A stretch of 32,000 bases of DNA, taken from contig NC_007494.2 in the NCBI RefSeq assembly GCF_000012905.2, forward strand, positions 911,019-943,018. The letters run 5' to 3'. The notes beneath the pieces were generated by a model. That model searched no databases, was not told the DNA's origin, and worked only from the letters and a program-made list of their open reading frames with translations. Both the position numbers and the translations under genes were made by a program. This DNA comes from Cereibacter sphaeroides 2.4.1 (GTDB taxonomy: Bacteria > Pseudomonadota > Alphaproteobacteria > Rhodobacterales > Rhodobacteraceae). Positions 14,143 through 23,313 of this stretch are shown here, one piece after another; position 1 is the stretch's first letter, and the number at the start of each line of letters is the position of its first letter.

Positions 14143-15471
14143 TCATGCCGCGAGGGCGCGGTCGAGCGCGCCCGAGAGCTTGTCCACCAGCTCGTCGAGT
14201 TCGGCGTCCGAGATGATGAAGGGCGGCGCGAGCAGGATATGGTCGCCCCGCACCCCGTCGAGGGTGCCGCCCATCGGATAGCAGATGAGGCCGCCTGCGA
14301 AGGCCTCGGCCTTGATCCGGGCATGGAGCTTCCGCGCCGGATCGAACGGCTCCTTCGTCTCGCGGTCGGCCACCAGCTCGATGCCGCGGAAGAGACCGCG
14401 GCCGCGGATGTCGCCCACATGGGGATGCTGGCCCAGCCGCTCCTGCAGGAGCGCCTCGAGCCGCGCGCCCTGCCGCCGGACCGCCTGCAGGAGATCGCGG
14501 CCCTCGATCTCGTCCAGCACCGCATTGGCCGCGGCGGCGGCCATCGCATGGCCCATGTAGGTGTGGCCGTGCTGGAAGAAGCCCGAGCCCGCGGCGATGG
14601 CGTCGTAGATGCGGCCCTGAACCAGAAGCGCGCCGATGGGCTGGTAGCCCGCGCCGAGACCCTTGGCGATGGTGATCATGTCGGGCGCCACGCCATCTTC
14701 GGCGCAGGCGAAGAGATGGCCCGTCCGGCCCATCCCGCACATGACCTCATCGAGAATGAGCAGCACCCCGTGCCGGTCGCAGATCTCGCGGACGCGCTTG
14801 AGATAGCCCGGCACGGCCGGCACGGCGCCCGCCGTGGCCCCCACCACCGGCTCGGCCACGAAGGCCATCACCGTCTCGGGACCGAGGCGCTGGATCTCGG
14901 CCTCCAGCTCGTCGGCCACGCGCAGCCCGTAGGCCTCGAGGCTCTCGTCCTCGGCCCGGCCGCGATATTCGTAGCAGGGCGAGACATGGGAGGTCTCGAC
15001 CAGAAGCGGCGCGAACTGGGCCCGGCGCCATTCGTTGCCGCCTGCGGCCAGCGCGCCGAGCGTGTTGCCGTGGTAGCTCTGGCGGCGGGCGATCACCCGG
15101 TGCCGGCCGGGCTGGCCCACTTCCATGAAATACTGCCGCGCGAGCTTCAGCGCCGCCTCGACCGCCTCGGATCCGCCCGAGACGAGATAGACCCGCTCGA
15201 TCCCCTCGGGCGCCGCCGCCGCCAGCCGGTCGGCCAGACGCTCGGCCGGTTCGGAGGTGAAGAAGCCGGTATGGGCGAAGGCCAGCCGGTCCAGCTGGTC
15301 GTGGAGCGCCGCGCGCACCGCCGCGTTGGAATGGCCGAGGCAGGAGACCGCCGCCCCGCCCGACCCGTCGAGATAGCGCCGGCCCTCGGTATCGAGGATG
15401 TAGCAGCCCTCGCCCTCAGCGGCGACGGGAAGGCTGCCCCGGGTGGAGCGGCCGAAGATATGTCCGGGCAT
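14143..15471 (-). CDS. Class-III (omega) aminotransferase, PLP-dependent, 442 aa
   Basis: Full ORF. SGGSEAVEAALKLAR, SYHGNT, LILDEVMCGMGRTG and ITIAKGLGAGYQPIG (PLP lysine) are typical of aspartate-aminotransferase-superfamily class III enzymes. Confidence 0.9.
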   Translation of the reverse strand: MPGHIFGRSTRGSLPVAAEGEGCYILDTEGRRYLDGSGGAAVSCLGHSNAAVRAALHDQLDRLAFAHTGFFTSEPAERLADRLAAAAPEGIERVYLVSGGSEAVEAALKLARQYFMEVGQPGRHRVIARRQSYHGNTLGALAAGGNEWRRAQFAPLLVETSHVSPCYEYRGRAEDESLEAYGLRVADELEAEIQRLGPETVMAFVAEPVVGATAGAVPAVPGYLKRVREICDRHGVLLILDEVMCGMGRTGHLFACAEDGVAPDMITIAKGLGAGYQPIGALLVQGRIYDAIAAGSGFFQHGHTYMGHAMAAAAANAVLDEIEGRDLLQAVRRQGARLEALLQERLGQHPHVGDIRGRGLFRGIELVADRETKEPFDPARKLHARIKAEAFAGGLICYPMGGTLDGVRGDHILLAPPFIISDAELDELVDKLSGALDRALAA

Positions 15472-15475
15472 CGGG

Positions 15476-15901
15476 TCAGGTCCTTACGACATAGACGGAT
15501 TGGCGGGCGTGACGCACCACGCGCGCGGCATTCGGGCCGAGGAGATAGTCGCTGAACTCGGGCCGGTGCGCGCCGATCACGATCAGATCGACCTCGAGCT
15601 TGCCCGCCGCGCGCAGGATCTCGTCATAGATCGTGCCGTGCAGCACATGGGGATGGACCGCCACCCCCTCGGGCACGTTATCGGCCACCCAGGCCGACAG
15701 CGCCTTGCCCAGAGCCTTGAGCGCCTCCTGCTCGTAGCCCTGCCGGAAGAAGCCCGAGACCTGTGCATAGCCATAGTCCGGCAGAACCGCCACGACATGC
15801 AGCGTCCCTTCGGGATCGAGCAGTTTCAGCGCCTCGTTCAGCGCCGCGGCGGGGGCCGTGGGATTGCCCAGATCGATGGGCAGCAGGATGGTTCTGGCCA
15901 T
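15476..15901 (-). CDS. Universal stress protein (UspA family), 141 aa
   Basis: Full ORF with AAGGAGG upstream. ILLPIDL..., DLIVIGAHRP..., LLGPNAARVVRHA..SVYVVR is the Usp fold signature. Confidence 0.9.
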   Translation of the reverse strand: MARTILLPIDLGNPTAPAAALNEALKLLDPEGTLHVVAVLPDYGYAQVSGFFRQGYEQEALKALGKALSAWVADNVPEGVAVHPHVLHGTIYDEILRAAGKLEVDLIVIGAHRPEFSDYLLGPNAARVVRHARQSVYVVRT

Positions 15902-15922
15902 GGTCTCCTCCTTGGTGCGCGC

Positions 15923-18557
15923 TCAGAAGGCGGGCTTGGTCTGCCGTCGCCGCTGAAGCGCGATGACGAGCCCCAGAAGCAGCAGCGCCGGAATGTAGAA
16001 GAGCTGCTTCGGCGGCCGGTGCGCGGGGCTTTGCAGCGACGAGACCTCGACCCGTTCGGTGCCGTAGAAGTCGAAGCCCTGCAGCTTCTGCTGGTAGTCG
16101 GTGCCGAACATCGGCTCGTCCATGTAGAGCCGCCCCTCTTCGGGCAGCAGGAGAAGCCCGGCCGCCTCCGCCCGTCCCGTGGCCGGCGCCTCGGCTTCGA
16201 CCGTGTGGACCATCGTCAGCCGCGTGGGCCGACCGGTGGCGAAGTCCGGGCCCTGCACCACGAAGCGCACCGTCTCGCCGGGTTCGGCCGCATCGAAGGC
16301 CTGGGCAAGCTCGGTCGGCGGGCGTTCCTCGAAGCGCGGCAGGATCCGGTCGAGCCAGAAGCCCGGCACGAAGAGCGTGAAGGCCACGAGAAGGAGCGCC
16401 GCGCTCTCCCACAGCCGCGAGGGCGCGAGGAAGTAGCCCTGGGTCGCGGCGGCAAAGAGGAGCATCGCCACCGTCGCCACCGCGAAGACGCCCACGGCCT
16501 GAAGGATGCCCGCCCATGTCCCCAGATCGACGCCATAGAGGATCAGCGTCGGGTTGTAGATGAAGAGGAAGGGCAGCGCCGCCGTCCGCAGCGAATAGAA
16601 GAAGGCGGTGATCCCGGTGCGGATCGGATCGCCCCCCCGAGACGGCTGCGGCGGCGAAGCTCGCGAGGCCCACGGGCGGGGTCACGTCGGCCATGATGCC
16701 GAAGTAGAAGACGAAGAGATGCGCCGCGATCAGCGGCACGATCAGCCCCTCCTGCGCGCCGAGCGAGACCACGACCGAGGCCATCAGCGAGGAGACCACG
16801 ATGTAGTTGGCCGTCGTGGGCAGCCCCATCCCGAGGATCAGCGAGAAGAGCCCCACGAGCAGCAGCATGATGAAGAGGTTGCCGCCCGAGAGCATCTCGA
16901 CGAGGCCGGCCAGTTCGGTGCCGATCGGGGTCTTGGTCACGGTCGCCACGATGATGCCCGCCGCCGCCGTGGCGACGCCGATGCCGATCATGTTGCGCGC
17001 GCCCGCGATCATGCCCTCGATCAGGTCGCCGAAGCCCGCGCCGAAGGCCTGCCCCACATCCTCGCCGCGGAACAAAGCCTTCAGCGGCCGCTGAGTCACG
17101 ATGATGAAGATCATCACCGCCACGGCATAGAAGGCCGACTTTCCGGGCGACTGCATCTCGATCATCAGGAACCAGACGAGGACGAGGATCGGCAGCAGGT
17201 AATGCAGGCCGGTGGGGAAGACCTCGGCCACCGCGGGGAGCCGGATCTGGCGCGCGTTCGGATCGTCGAGCGCGAGATCGGGCCGGCGCGCCGAGACGCG
17301 CACCATCAGCACATAGGCCAGGCCCAGCACGGCCATCACGATCCAGTCCGAGATCCCGGGTGCAGCCCCGCGCAGCGCCTGGATCGCCCAGACGAGGCCG
17401 GTGAAGGCTGCGCCCGTCACCACGAAGCCCACAGCGATCTTCGCGAACATGCGCCCGAGGTTGGCCGCCGGTCCGAGCGCGGGCATGTCCTGCTTCAGCG
17501 CCTCGAGATGCACGATATAGACCAGTGCGATGTAGGAGATCACCGCCGGGATGAAGGCGTGCTTGATGACCTCGACGTAGGAGATGCCCACGAACTCGAC
17601 CATCAGGAAGGCGGCGGCGCCCATCACCGGCGGCATGATCTGCCCGTTGACCGACGAGGCCACCTCGACCGCGCCCGCCTTTTCCGACGAGAAGCCCACC
17701 CGCTTCATCAGGGGGATGGTGAAGGTGCCCGTCGTCACCACGTTGGCGATGGAGGAGCCGGAGATGAGGCCCGTCATGGCCGAGCCCACGACGGCGGCCT
17801 TGGCAGGTCCGCCGCGCAGCGCGCCCAGACCCGCGAAGGCCAGCTGGATGAAGTAGTTGCCGGCTCCCGCCTTGTCGAGCAGCGCCCCGAACAGGACGAA
17901 GAGGAAGACGAAGGCCGTCGAGACGCCGAGCGGAATGCCGAACACGCCGTTGGTGTCGAGCCACTGGGCATTCACGATCGAGGTGAAGGAGAGGCCCGAA
18001 TGGGCGATGATGTCGGGAATGAGCCAGCCCTGCCCGACCCAGGCGTAGAGCAGGAAGATCGCCCCCACCACGGTCAGCGCGGGCCCGAGCGCGCGGCGCG
18101 AGGCCTCGAGGAGGAGCACGATCCCCACCGCGCCCACCACGATCTGGGTCTGGGTCGGCAGGCCTGCGCGCGCGGTCGCGGCCAGCTCGCGCGAATAGAG
18201 GAAGACATAGAAGGCGCAGCCCGCCCCCGCGAGGGCCAGCACCCAGTCGAGGATCGGCACCCGGTCGCGCGGCGAACTCTTCAGCGCCGGATAGGCGAGG
18301 AAGGCCAGCAGGATCGCGAAGGTCAGGTGGATGGGCCGGGTCTGCGACGAGTTCAGCACGGGCAGATACTGGCCGAACCAGAGCTGCGGCTGCGCGATCC
18401 AGAGCTGGAACAGCGACCACAGGAACGCCGTCGCCGCGATCAGGATCGCGACGGTGCGGTTGGAGGGATTTCGTCCGCCGCTGTCGGTGCTCGCGACGAG
18501 ATCCTGAAGCTCCTCGTCGGTGAAGCTGCGGCTCTTCGGCTGGGTCTCGTCTGTCAT
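15923..18557 (-). pseudogene. TAXI-type TRAP transporter fused permease (with DUF3394-like C-terminal region), interrupted by a 1-nt frameshift
   Basis: The N-terminal ~640 codons are read from 18557. After ...ASFAAAAVSGG the frame becomes R/G/P-rich nonsense. Removing one base from the C7 run at 16632-16638 (G7 on the coding strand) gives SGGDPIRTGITAFFYSLRTAALPFLFIYNPTLILYGVDLGTWAGILQAVGVFAVATVAML. That sequence joins ORF 15923..16495 in frame. Confidence 0.85.
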
Positions 18558-18575
18558 GCGTCCCTCCTGCGCGAA

Positions 18576-18630
18576 GGGCCGCCGCAGCGACAGCTTACGG
18601 CGGCCCGGAGATCCCGCCCCGTCAGGGGCG
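18576..18630 (-). other. Two tandem GC hairpins between the receptor and permease genes
   Basis: GGGCCGCCG (18576-18584) pairs with CGGCGGCCC (18598-18606). A second hairpin is CGCCCC-GTCA-GGGGCG (18615-18630). Confidence 0.6.
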
Positions 18631-18635
18631 CAGGA

Positions 18636-19610
18636 TCACTTGATGAGGCCGGCCTCGCGGAAATACTTCTCCGCGCCCGGATGCAGAGGCGCCGAAAGGC
18701 CGTCGCTCACCATCTCCGACGGTTCGAGCTCGGCGAAGGCCGGGTGCAGGCTGCGGAACTGGTCGATGTCGGAGAAGACCGCCTTGACCAGCGCATAGAC
18801 CACGTCGTCCGGCGTGTTGGCCGAGGTCACGAGCGTCGCGCCCACGCCGAAGGTCTGGGTGGGTTCGGCATTGCCGCGATACATGCCGCCCGGAATGGTG
18901 GCCTTGCGGTAGTAGGGGTTCGCCTCCACCAGCTTGTCGACGGCCTCGCCCGCGACATTGACCAGCACCGCGTCGCAGGCGGTGGTGGCTTCCTGGATCG
19001 AGCCCGACGGGTGACCCACGGTATAGACCATCGCGTCGATGTTGTTGTCGCAGAGCGCCTGGCTCTGTTCGCCGGCCTGCAGCTCGGAGGTCAGGGTGAA
19101 GTCGCCCATCGTCCAGCCGAGTTCCTTCATCAGCACTTCCATCGTGTCGCGCTGGCCCGAGCCCGGGTTGCCCACGTTCACGCGCTTGCCCTTCAGATCC
19201 TCGAAGTTGGCGATCCCGGCATCGGCGCGGGCCACCACGGTGAAGGGCTCGGGATGCAGCGAGAAGACCGAGCGCAGCTCAGGATAGGCGCCCTGATCGG
19301 CGAAGGTGCCCTCGCCCTCGTAGGCCTTGTACTGCACGTCCGACTGGGCCACGCCGAAGTCGAGCTCGCCCGAGCGCACGGCGTTGACGTTGTAGACCGA
19401 GCCCCCGGTGCTTTCGACGGCGCAGCGGATCCCGTGCTCGGCGCGGTTGCGCGACATCATCCGGCAGATCGCGCCGCCCGTGGGATAGTAGACGCCGGTC
19501 ACGGCACCCGTGCCGATGGAAATGAAATTGTCCTGAGCGAGGGCCGGCGCCGCCAGTATGGCCAGCGCTCCCGCAAGCGCGCCCGCCAGAGCAGGTTTCC
19601 CTGTTCTCAT
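18636..19610 (-). CDS. TAXI family TRAP transporter solute receptor, 324 aa
   Basis: Start at [10 protein letters not shown] (ATG 19608-19610), preceded by AGGAGG. It has a signal peptide ending [24 protein letters not shown] and [13 protein letters not shown] are TAXI (TIGR02122-like) signatures. Confidence 0.9.
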   Translation of the reverse strand: MRTGKPALAGALAGALAILAAPALAQDNFISIGTGAVTGVYYPTGGAICRMMSRNRAEHGIRCAVESTGGSVYNVNAVRSGELDFGVAQSDVQYKAYEGEGTFADQGAYPELRSVFSLHPEPFTVVARADAGIANFEDLKGKRVNVGNPGSGQRDTMEVLMKELGWTMGDFTLTSELQAGEQSQALCDNNIDAMVYTVGHPSGSIQEATTACDAVLVNVAGEAVDKLVEANPYYRKATIPGGMYRGNAEPTQTFGVGATLVTSANTPDDVVYALVKAVFSDIDQFRSLHPAFAELEPSEMVSDGLSAPLHPGAEKYFREAGLIK

Positions 19611-19675
19611 GTTTCGTTCCTCCTGTTGGTCTTGGCCTCGGATGGGTAATGCATTTGTGATATTTCCCGACCAAC

Positions 19676-19695
19676 GACAATGCAATTGAATTGTC
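19676..19695. promoter_or_regulatory. Candidate operator in the divergent TAXI / rpiR promoter region
   Basis: Near-palindrome GACAAT-GC-AATT-GA-ATTGTC in the only AT-rich stretch of the 147-bp intergenic region. Confidence 0.45.
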
Positions 19696-19757
19696 TTGCC
19701 GGAGGACCTTCCTGTGGTAGCGTCCGCCGGATCCAACGGAATGCCGAACCGCCCGCC

Positions 19758-20618
19758 ATGCAGCAGGAGACCGAGATCCGAGAGGCGCTGGCCCGTGTCG
19801 CGGCGGGCGATGCGCCGATCCTCCGGGGCTTCGCGGTCTGGCTGCTCGACAATCTCTCGGCCGTAGCCTTCAACTCGACCCGCAGCCTCGCGGCCCTCGC
19901 CGGCACCAACCCCAACACGGTGACGCGGCTCGCGCGCGAGATTGGCTTCGACGGCTACGACAGTTTCCGCTCGGCTGTGCAGGAGGTCGTGCAGCGCCGC
20001 AACATCCGCTACGGCGAGCGGGCCGAGGCGCTGCGCCACCGGTCGGAGGCCGACATCTGGGGCGAGGCGCTGACCGCCAACCTCGGCAATATCGAGACGC
20101 TCTTCTCGGCCGAGGGCATGGACCTGCTCGAAAGCTGCGTCGAGCCGCTGCTCGCCGCGCGCCGCGTCCATACGATCGGGGTCCGAAGCTGCTTCGGGCT
20201 TGCCCATTACTTCTCCTATGTCGGGGGGCGGGCCTTCGCGAACTTCATCGAGGTGCCGGTGACGCCGGGCGCCATCCTCGATCAGGTCGCCTCGGCCACG
20301 CCCGAGGATATCGTGGTCGCCATCACCTACGAGCATTATTCCGCCGAGGTGGTCCGCGCCTGCCATGTCGCGCGCAGCTGCGGGGCGCGGATCCTCGCGC
20401 TGACCGACAGCCATTCCGCGCCGGTGGCCGAAGGCGCCTGGAAGGTGGTGCGCCTGCCCATGGCCGGGCCGCAGATCCTGCCGTCGCTGACGGCGGCCTA
20501 TATCGCGCTCGAGCTGCTCCTGTCGGCCATGGCCGCGCGCTCGCCCGATGCCGCGGCGCGCCTTCTGGGCTTCGAGGCGCGGATGGAGCGGTTCGGCGGC
20601 TATGTCCGGCACCGCTGA
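19758..20618 (+). CDS. MurR/RpiR family transcriptional regulator (HTH_6 plus SIS domain), 286 aa
   Basis: The ATG at 19758 is preferred over 19680, which would overlap the palindrome. The HTH is [32 protein letters not shown]. The SIS-like part is [17 protein letters not shown]...[16 protein letters not shown]...GARILALTD. Confidence 0.85.
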   Translation: MQQETEIREALARVAAGDAPILRGFAVWLLDNLSAVAFNSTRSLAALAGTNPNTVTRLAREIGFDGYDSFRSAVQEVVQRRNIRYGERAEALRHRSEADIWGEALTANLGNIETLFSAEGMDLLESCVEPLLAARRVHTIGVRSCFGLAHYFSYVGGRAFANFIEVPVTPGAILDQVASATPEDIVVAITYEHYSAEVVRACHVARSCGARILALTDSHSAPVAEGAWKVVRLPMAGPQILPSLTAAYIALELLLSAMAARSPDAAARLLGFEARMERFGGYVRHR

Positions 20619-20943
20619 GAGCGCTCCGTGACGCGGCTCCGACCGAGGCTGGTGCATGACCGCGCTCGATGAGACTGCCTGTCCCTTCGTCCCGCGCATC
20701 CGCTGAACGGTCCGTCTCGGAGGCTGCCCCATCGGCCGGCGCACCGTGCAACCGATGCCTCCGCGGCGCCGCTCTCCGGAATTTGTGCGTTGCCTTGCAA
20801 GGACCTTACGCTAGCCTGATCGGAGAGGGCCACACGGCCGAAAGCGGGCCTGCGCCAGACCCTGCGGCACCGCTCGGTGCCTCGCCCCGGGCGGTCTGCC
20901 GCCTTCCCCCAACGCGGCCCTGCCGCCCAGACAAGGAGATCCC

Positions 20944-21846
20944 ATGGCCAAGAAGATCTACTGCGCCTTCGGCACCGACATCGATTCGGTGGCGGGCTGG
21001 ATCGGGTCCTACGGCGGCGGCGACAGCCCTTCGGACATCCAGCGCGGCATCTTCGCCACCGAGGTGGGCATCCCGCGCCTGCTGCGGCTGTTCAGGAAAT
21101 ACGACCTGCGCACCAGCTTCTTCATCCCCGGTCATTCGCTCGAGACCTTCCCGGACCAGATGAAGATGATCGTCGACCACGGCCACGAGATCGGCGCGCA
21201 CGGCTATCTGCACGAGAACCCCGTCGCCATGACTGCGCAGCAGGAAGAGGATGTGCTGGTCAAGTCGATCGAGCTGATCGACAAGCTCTCCGGCCGCGCG
21301 CCGCGGGGCTATGTCGCCCCCTGGTGGGAGATGTCGGCCGCGACCGCGGGCCTGCTGAAGAAATACGATTTCAGCTACGACCACAGTCAGGGCTACCGCG
21401 ACTTCCAGCCCTTCTATGCCCGCGTCGGCGACGAATGGAACGTGATCGACTATACCAAGCAGGCGCGCGACTGGATGCATCCGCTGAAGCACGGCCACGA
21501 GATCGACCTCGTGGACATCGCGGCCAACTGGTATGTCGACGATCTGCCGCCGATGATGTTCATGAAGAAGGCGCCGAACAGCCACGGCTTCGTCAATCCG
21601 CGCGATATCGAGGAGATGTGGCGCGACCAGTTCGACTGGGTCTATCGCGAGATGGATTATGCCGTCTTCGCCTTCACCATCCACCCCGACGTGTCGGGCC
21701 GGCCGCAGGTGCTGCTGATGCTCGAGCGCCTGATCGAATATATCAACGGCCACGAAGGCGTCGAATGGGCGACCTTCGAGGAGATCGCCGACGACTTCCG
21801 CGCCCGCTACCCGTTCGAGGGCAAGGAGCGGCCCGAGGTCATCTGA
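20944..21846 (+). CDS. Polysaccharide deacetylase / NodB-homology family hydrolase, 300 aa
   Basis: Full ORF with AAGGAG upstream. FGTDIDS (Asp motif), TSFFIPGHS and [13 protein letters not shown] (His-His metal motif) are typical of the family. Confidence 0.85.
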   Translation: MAKKIYCAFGTDIDSVAGWIGSYGGGDSPSDIQRGIFATEVGIPRLLRLFRKYDLRTSFFIPGHSLETFPDQMKMIVDHGHEIGAHGYLHENPVAMTAQQEEDVLVKSIELIDKLSGRAPRGYVAPWWEMSAATAGLLKKYDFSYDHSQGYRDFQPFYARVGDEWNVIDYTKQARDWMHPLKHGHEIDLVDIAANWYVDDLPPMMFMKKAPNSHGFVNPRDIEEMWRDQFDWVYREMDYAVFAFTIHPDVSGRPQVLLMLERLIEYINGHEGVEWATFEEIADDFRARYPFEGKERPEVI

Positions 21847-21867
21847 AACCGGAGCGGAGGCCCGACC

Positions 21868-22161
21868 ATGTGCAGCGCCTGCGGCTTTCCCGCGGCCCCC
21901 GGACACTGGACCGACGCCGGGGCCGCGACCCCCGGCGAGCGGCTGCGCCTCCGCTTCACTCGAGTTGCGGCTGTCAACCGGCTGCTGGCGCCCTACGGGC
22001 TCAAGGCCCACGACGACGGGGCGACGCCGGGCCTCCAGCTTTTCGCGCCGGACGGCCGGCGCGAGCTGGTGGCCGATCTCGAGGCGCTCTGGGCCGCGGC
22101 GGGACGCATGGCCGGGGCGCCCATTGACCCACTGTCGCCGCGCGCGCTCGGCGATGGCTGA
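21868..22161 (+). CDS. Small conserved-looking protein with an N-terminal CxxC, 97 aa
   Basis: ATG at 21868 follows GGAGCGGAGG. High GC3. It overlaps the COG0523 gene start by 8 nt. No family recognised. Confidence 0.55.
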   Translation: MCSACGFPAAPGHWTDAGAATPGERLRLRFTRVAAVNRLLAPYGLKAHDDGATPGLQLFAPDGRRELVADLEALWAAAGRMAGAPIDPLSPRALGDG

Positions 22162-23106
22162 GGCGCGGCGGGACGGGCGGCTGCCGCTTACGCTCGTCGG
22201 AGGCTTTCTCGGCGCGGGCAAGAGCACCTGGCTGCGCCATCAGCTTCATGCCGGGCGCTTCGCCCGCCATCATCTCCTCGTGAACGAGGCGGCGGAGACG
22301 CCGGTCGACAATCTCCTGCTGGGCGGGGCCGCGCGGCTGACGCTGCTCGCGGGGGGCTGCGCCTGCTGCGAGGGGCAGGCGCAGCTGCGCGCCGCCCTGC
22401 GCGCGATCTGCGAGACCGAGAGCGGCCCGGAGGCGGGCGGGATCGAAGGGATTCTGCTCGAGACCTCGGGGCTGGCCGATCCGGGCGCCATCGCGGCCAT
22501 GGTCGCGGCCGATCCGGTGCTGGTGCGCAGACTGGCCTTGGCGGAGACGCTGGTGCTGGTCGATGCGGCGCATGGGACGGCGCAGCTTGCCGCCGAACCG
22601 CTCGCCCGCGCGCAGATCGAGGCGGCGGGGCGGCTCGTGCTGACGAAGCCCGCCGCTGCGCCGGATCTGGCGCGGCTCGCGGCCACGTTGCGCGCCCTTG
22701 CGCCGGAGGCGGAGCTGTCCGCGGCCGAGAGGGGCGTGCCGGTGCCGCTGCCCGCGGGTGCGGCCGAGCCCTATCCTCTGCCCCCGCTTGCGGCGGCGGC
22801 TCCGATCCGGCCGCATCGGCTGCGCATCGGGGCGGAAGGAGGCTGGGTCGCGCTTTCGACCTGGCTCTCGGCGCTGTTGCAGGCCCGCGGCGAGGATGTG
22901 GTGCGGGTGAAGGGGGTCGTGCGCACGCCGGCGGGGCGGCTCCTCCTCCAGTCCGTGCGCCGGATGGTGCAGCCGCCCGAGACCCTGCCCGAGGGGGCCG
23001 ACCTGCCCGGCCCCGCCCCGCCCCCGAGGAGGGAACGCTCGTGCTGATCGGGCGCAACATCGACGAGGAGCGCCTCGCCCGATCCTGGGAGCTCTACGGC
23101 GGGTGA
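22154..23106 (+). pseudogene. COG0523 (CobW/ZigA-like) G3E GTPase, C-terminal end shifted out of frame
   Basis: The P-loop GGFLGAGKST, the CxCC motif GGCACCEG and ETSGLADP are present. The annotated frame stops at 23047 after ...GPAPPPRRERSC. The -1 frame reads EEGTLVLIGRNIDEERLARSWELYGG* (stop 23104-23106), the canonical family C-terminus. One extra C in the run at 23021-23025 would join the two frames. Confidence 0.8.
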
Positions 23107-23261
23107 GGCCGCCGTTCACGAAGCGCGAATGGCATGTGCGCAGGTACGCCCGGCATCGTCCGGAGCGGAGACCCAGATATGGCCTTTTTCCTATTTTGGA
23201 ACATGAGGTTATTGGATCTCCCGCCGAGGGAACTCCCGCGACCACCGCCGACCGCCACGGC

Positions 23262-23292
23262 GTCGCCCCCGGCCGGATCCGGCAGGGGCGAC
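23262..23292. terminator. Strong bidirectional hairpin between the convergent COG0523 and tctA genes
   Basis: GTCGCCCC (23262-23269) pairs with GGGGCGAC (23285-23292). These arms enclose the palindrome GCCGGATCCGGC. Confidence 0.5.
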
Positions 23293-23313
23293 CCGTCCGG
23301 CAGGGTGGCGCGC

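Noticed and set aside
20790-20943. Possible riboswitch in the ~150-nt leader of the deacetylase operon. Words such as CTAG, GGAGAG, ACACGG and AAAGCGGGC faintly recall ykkC/guanidine-I, and COG0523 genes are sometimes controlled by cobalamin riboswitches.
   Set aside because: The spacing between the words is far too short for the ykkC fold. No B12-box-like core (GCCACTG or AGTCAGAAGACCTGCC type) is present. I could not draw a convincing conserved structure by hand. Only a covariance-model scan could revive this idea.
23165-23220. Small AT-rich patch (CCCAGATATGGCCTTTTTCCTATTTTGGAACATGAGGTTATTGGATCTC) between the convergent COG0523 and tctA genes, considered as a remnant insertion-sequence end or a small RNA
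   Set aside because: It has no inverted-repeat partner, no transposase and no promoter-plus-terminator pair that I could define. It is probably just inter-operon spacer DNA next to the terminator hairpin.
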